A stretch of 63,990 nt of DNA, counting the filler, from Vezdaea acicularis (Eukaryota): the NCBI GenBank assembly GCA_026025075.1. It is 4 parts of 4 records of this genome, joined end to end, with 100 filler letters (N's around TTAATTAATTAA, not from the genome) between each part and the next. Parts side by side here need not be neighbours in the genome. Positions count along the whole stretch, not along the records: positions 52,641 to 63,990 come from JAPEUI010000251.1; 3 more parts are not named here. One strand, written 5' to 3'. Below, in pieces: positions 62,299-63,990 of the stretch. The position numbers and the translations under genes are program-made. The stretch's first letter is position 1; every line of letters starts with the position of its first letter. Under the pieces are notes generated by a model. That model ran no database searches and was not told the origin of the DNA. It was given only the letters and a program-made list of their open reading frames with translations.

Positions 62299-62850
62299 AT
62301 GCCACCTACCCCCCTCTTCCCCGCCCCAACCCACTCCAAGGAGCGGGGCTGGCACATCCCCCAAACCGGCCCCCCACGCCCCTCACACCTACTACTCCAA
62401 GCACACAAGCCCCCAGGCCCATGGGCTAAACACAGCTTCCTCGCGCCAGGCGAACAACACGAGCCGAGAGCGAACAAGCGCGCGGATCGCGAAGGAGACG
62501 CGCCTAGTCCCGAATCGATGCGAGCTCGGTATGAATATCAGCGTTACCAGAAACGAGAGGCCAAGCGGCGCGCGAGAGAAGCGGCGGAGAGAAGAGAGAG
62601 AAAACTGCCGGGCGTGCGTACACCGGACGACCCGCTAAGCCTTCTCGGCGGAACCGATCGGCGCGCACCCGCTCCCAGCGCCTGGAAGCATCACGATCCG
62701 CTAAACAGGCCCGAGCGGTTTGATGCAGGATCCCACCTCGGACGACCGCGTCTGTACGAGGAAACGCTCGGGTCGAGGAGGGCGGGGGGTTGGGATCGTT
62801 GGGGGGACTCGGAGCGTGCGGACGGCACTTCTTGTTGCGTCATCGTGTAG
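62299..62850 (+). CDS. Orphan ~183-aa hydrophilic protein ending in CCVIV (CaaX)
   Basis: GCCATG start, open frame with a charged helix (KREAKRRAREAAERRERK) and a terminal Cys-Cys-Val-Ile-Val-stop. Confidence 0.55.
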   Translation: MPPTPLFPAPTHSKERGWHIPQTGPPRPSHLLLQAHKPPGPWAKHSFLAPGEQHEPRANKRADREGDAPSPESMRARYEYQRYQKREAKRRAREAAERRERKLPGVRTPDDPLSLLGGTDRRAPAPSAWKHHDPLNRPERFDAGSHLGRPRLYEETLGSRRAGGWDRWGDSERADGTSCCVIV

Positions 62851-63200
62851 ACGGGGCGATCGGAAGCGTGGCTCGGTGGAGGAGGAGAGAGACGAGACGC
62901 TTGGAAGTGGGGATAGGGGGTTGGGAATGCGGCTGCACTCGGCAAGCCAGCGAAAGAGAAAGAGAGAGAGATGGAGGGATATAGGATTAGCCCTACCCAT
63001 GAGCTCATCCATCTGATATTCTTTCATTGATTCAACCTGCCTGACCGGCTGGCCTGCTTGCCTGTGTGGCTGTATGTTCTAATCTAGTGTGAGAGGTGGC
63101 GGAGGCTTTCCCCCCGGTTTATCCCTTATCTTTTTAAGTCTTTTCTCAAGATTCTTTCTTGCTCTGAAACTACTCTCTTTACTCCCCCTTTAGTGCCTTA

Positions 63201-63273
63201 TTCCCCGTCTCCCCCTCTTCCCCGTCTCCCCCTCTTCCCCTTCTCCCCTTCATCCCCTTTTCGCCCTTCCCCC
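63201..63273. repeat. Pyrimidine-rich ~17-bp tandem repeat (TTCCCCGTCTCCCCCTC) x~4, decaying
   Basis: Seen directly in the sequence. Confidence 0.8.
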
Positions 63274-63742
63274 CATCACTGCCACTAAAACGCAAAGGCA
63301 GAAAAAAAAGGAGAAAAAACATAAGCCATACGGCCGTGAGCCTCGTAAAGAGTCAAACCTCCCTCCCCTTTCCTTCCTCCACATCTCTCAAACACAACAA
63401 ACAAGGAAAGGAGTTAGGAGCGAGGTTTGCTGAAAAGAGGAAAGGAAAGAGCCAGTATATGGGGTATAATGTGGTATAATGGAGGATAATGAGCGTAGAA
63501 AGCAAGAAGGCGGTGATAGGCCAGAAAACCCTGGTCAGGAAGAGGGGCGAGGGGGAGGAAGAAAAGGAATAGAATAGATGGTAACAGCGCGTGAGAAGCT
63601 AGTATGCGGCCTCCCGCTTCGCGAGAGCGGTTACGCAAAGAATTCTTTTTAGGAGGGGAAGTATGACGGGTCCAGCGCTTCAAAAGGGCACGAGTCCCAA
63701 ACCACTTTACGTCCATCCTCTCACACTCTCGCACTCATTTAC

Positions 63743-63990
63743 TCACTCACTCAACCCCCCCAACTCCCCTCCTCTCCTCGCCACATCCCTAACCAGCGCC
63801 TCCAGCGGACTCGCCCGTCCCTCAACCCCCACCTCCCTAACCAATCCACTCCCAGAACTAATTTCACTCCACCTCTCCCCCGCCAGCCTGCTACTGCTTC
63901 GCTGCGCCCCGCCACCAGTGCCGGTGAGAGAAAAGGTGCTTGCGCTGCCGGTGCTGCTTCGCTGGCCTGCTGCTCCAATATTATTGTTGT
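63743..63990 (-). CDS. Probable 3' end of a gene starting beyond the window
   Basis: Open frame from the window edge: NNNIGAAGQRSSTGS...RASPLEALVRDVARRGGELGGLSE*; no motif recognised. Confidence 0.35.
   Translation of the reverse strand, partial: NNNIGAAGQRSSTGSASTFSLTGTGGGAQRSSSRLAGERWSEISSGSGLVREVGVEGRASPLEALVRDVARRGGELGGLSE

Overview
Eukaryotic DNA from an intron-containing filamentous ascomycete (Pezizomycotina-type genes; GT-AG introns with CTRAC branch points). The window is four sequence pieces joined by three identical artificial 100-nt linkers (44 N + TTAATTAATTAA + 44 N). The two complete pieces are 17,384 and 17,378 bp, consistent with unlinked contigs concatenated by size, so gene order across the linkers should not be trusted. 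About 25 protein-coding genes can be supported. Most are housekeeping: Tyr-phosphatase, Eis1-like, SWIM finger, MARVEL, C2H2 TF, NimA, ANK-BTB, Hsp12, Svl3/Pam1-like, Hsk3, EVE/THYN1, 1-Cys Prx, Mds3/Ral2, NTM1, ALDH, alpha/beta hydrolase, TGL4-like lipase, Mtr4, Cox8 and Elp1. No rRNA, intact tRNA, transposase or CRISPR was found. The most notable unexplained element is a 130-bp fold-back with 29-bp CAC...GTG terminal inverted repeats and a 5-bp CCCCT direct repeat on both sides (MITE-like) upstream of hsk3. Other candidates are a hairpin-dense Pol III/tRNA-like segment, a small secreted 6-Cys protein, an orphan 99-aa Myb/SANT-like ORF, an orphan CaaX protein, a GC-AG intron in prx1 and a degenerate ~196-bp tandem duplication. 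I cannot demonstrate a new multi-gene system from this sequence.
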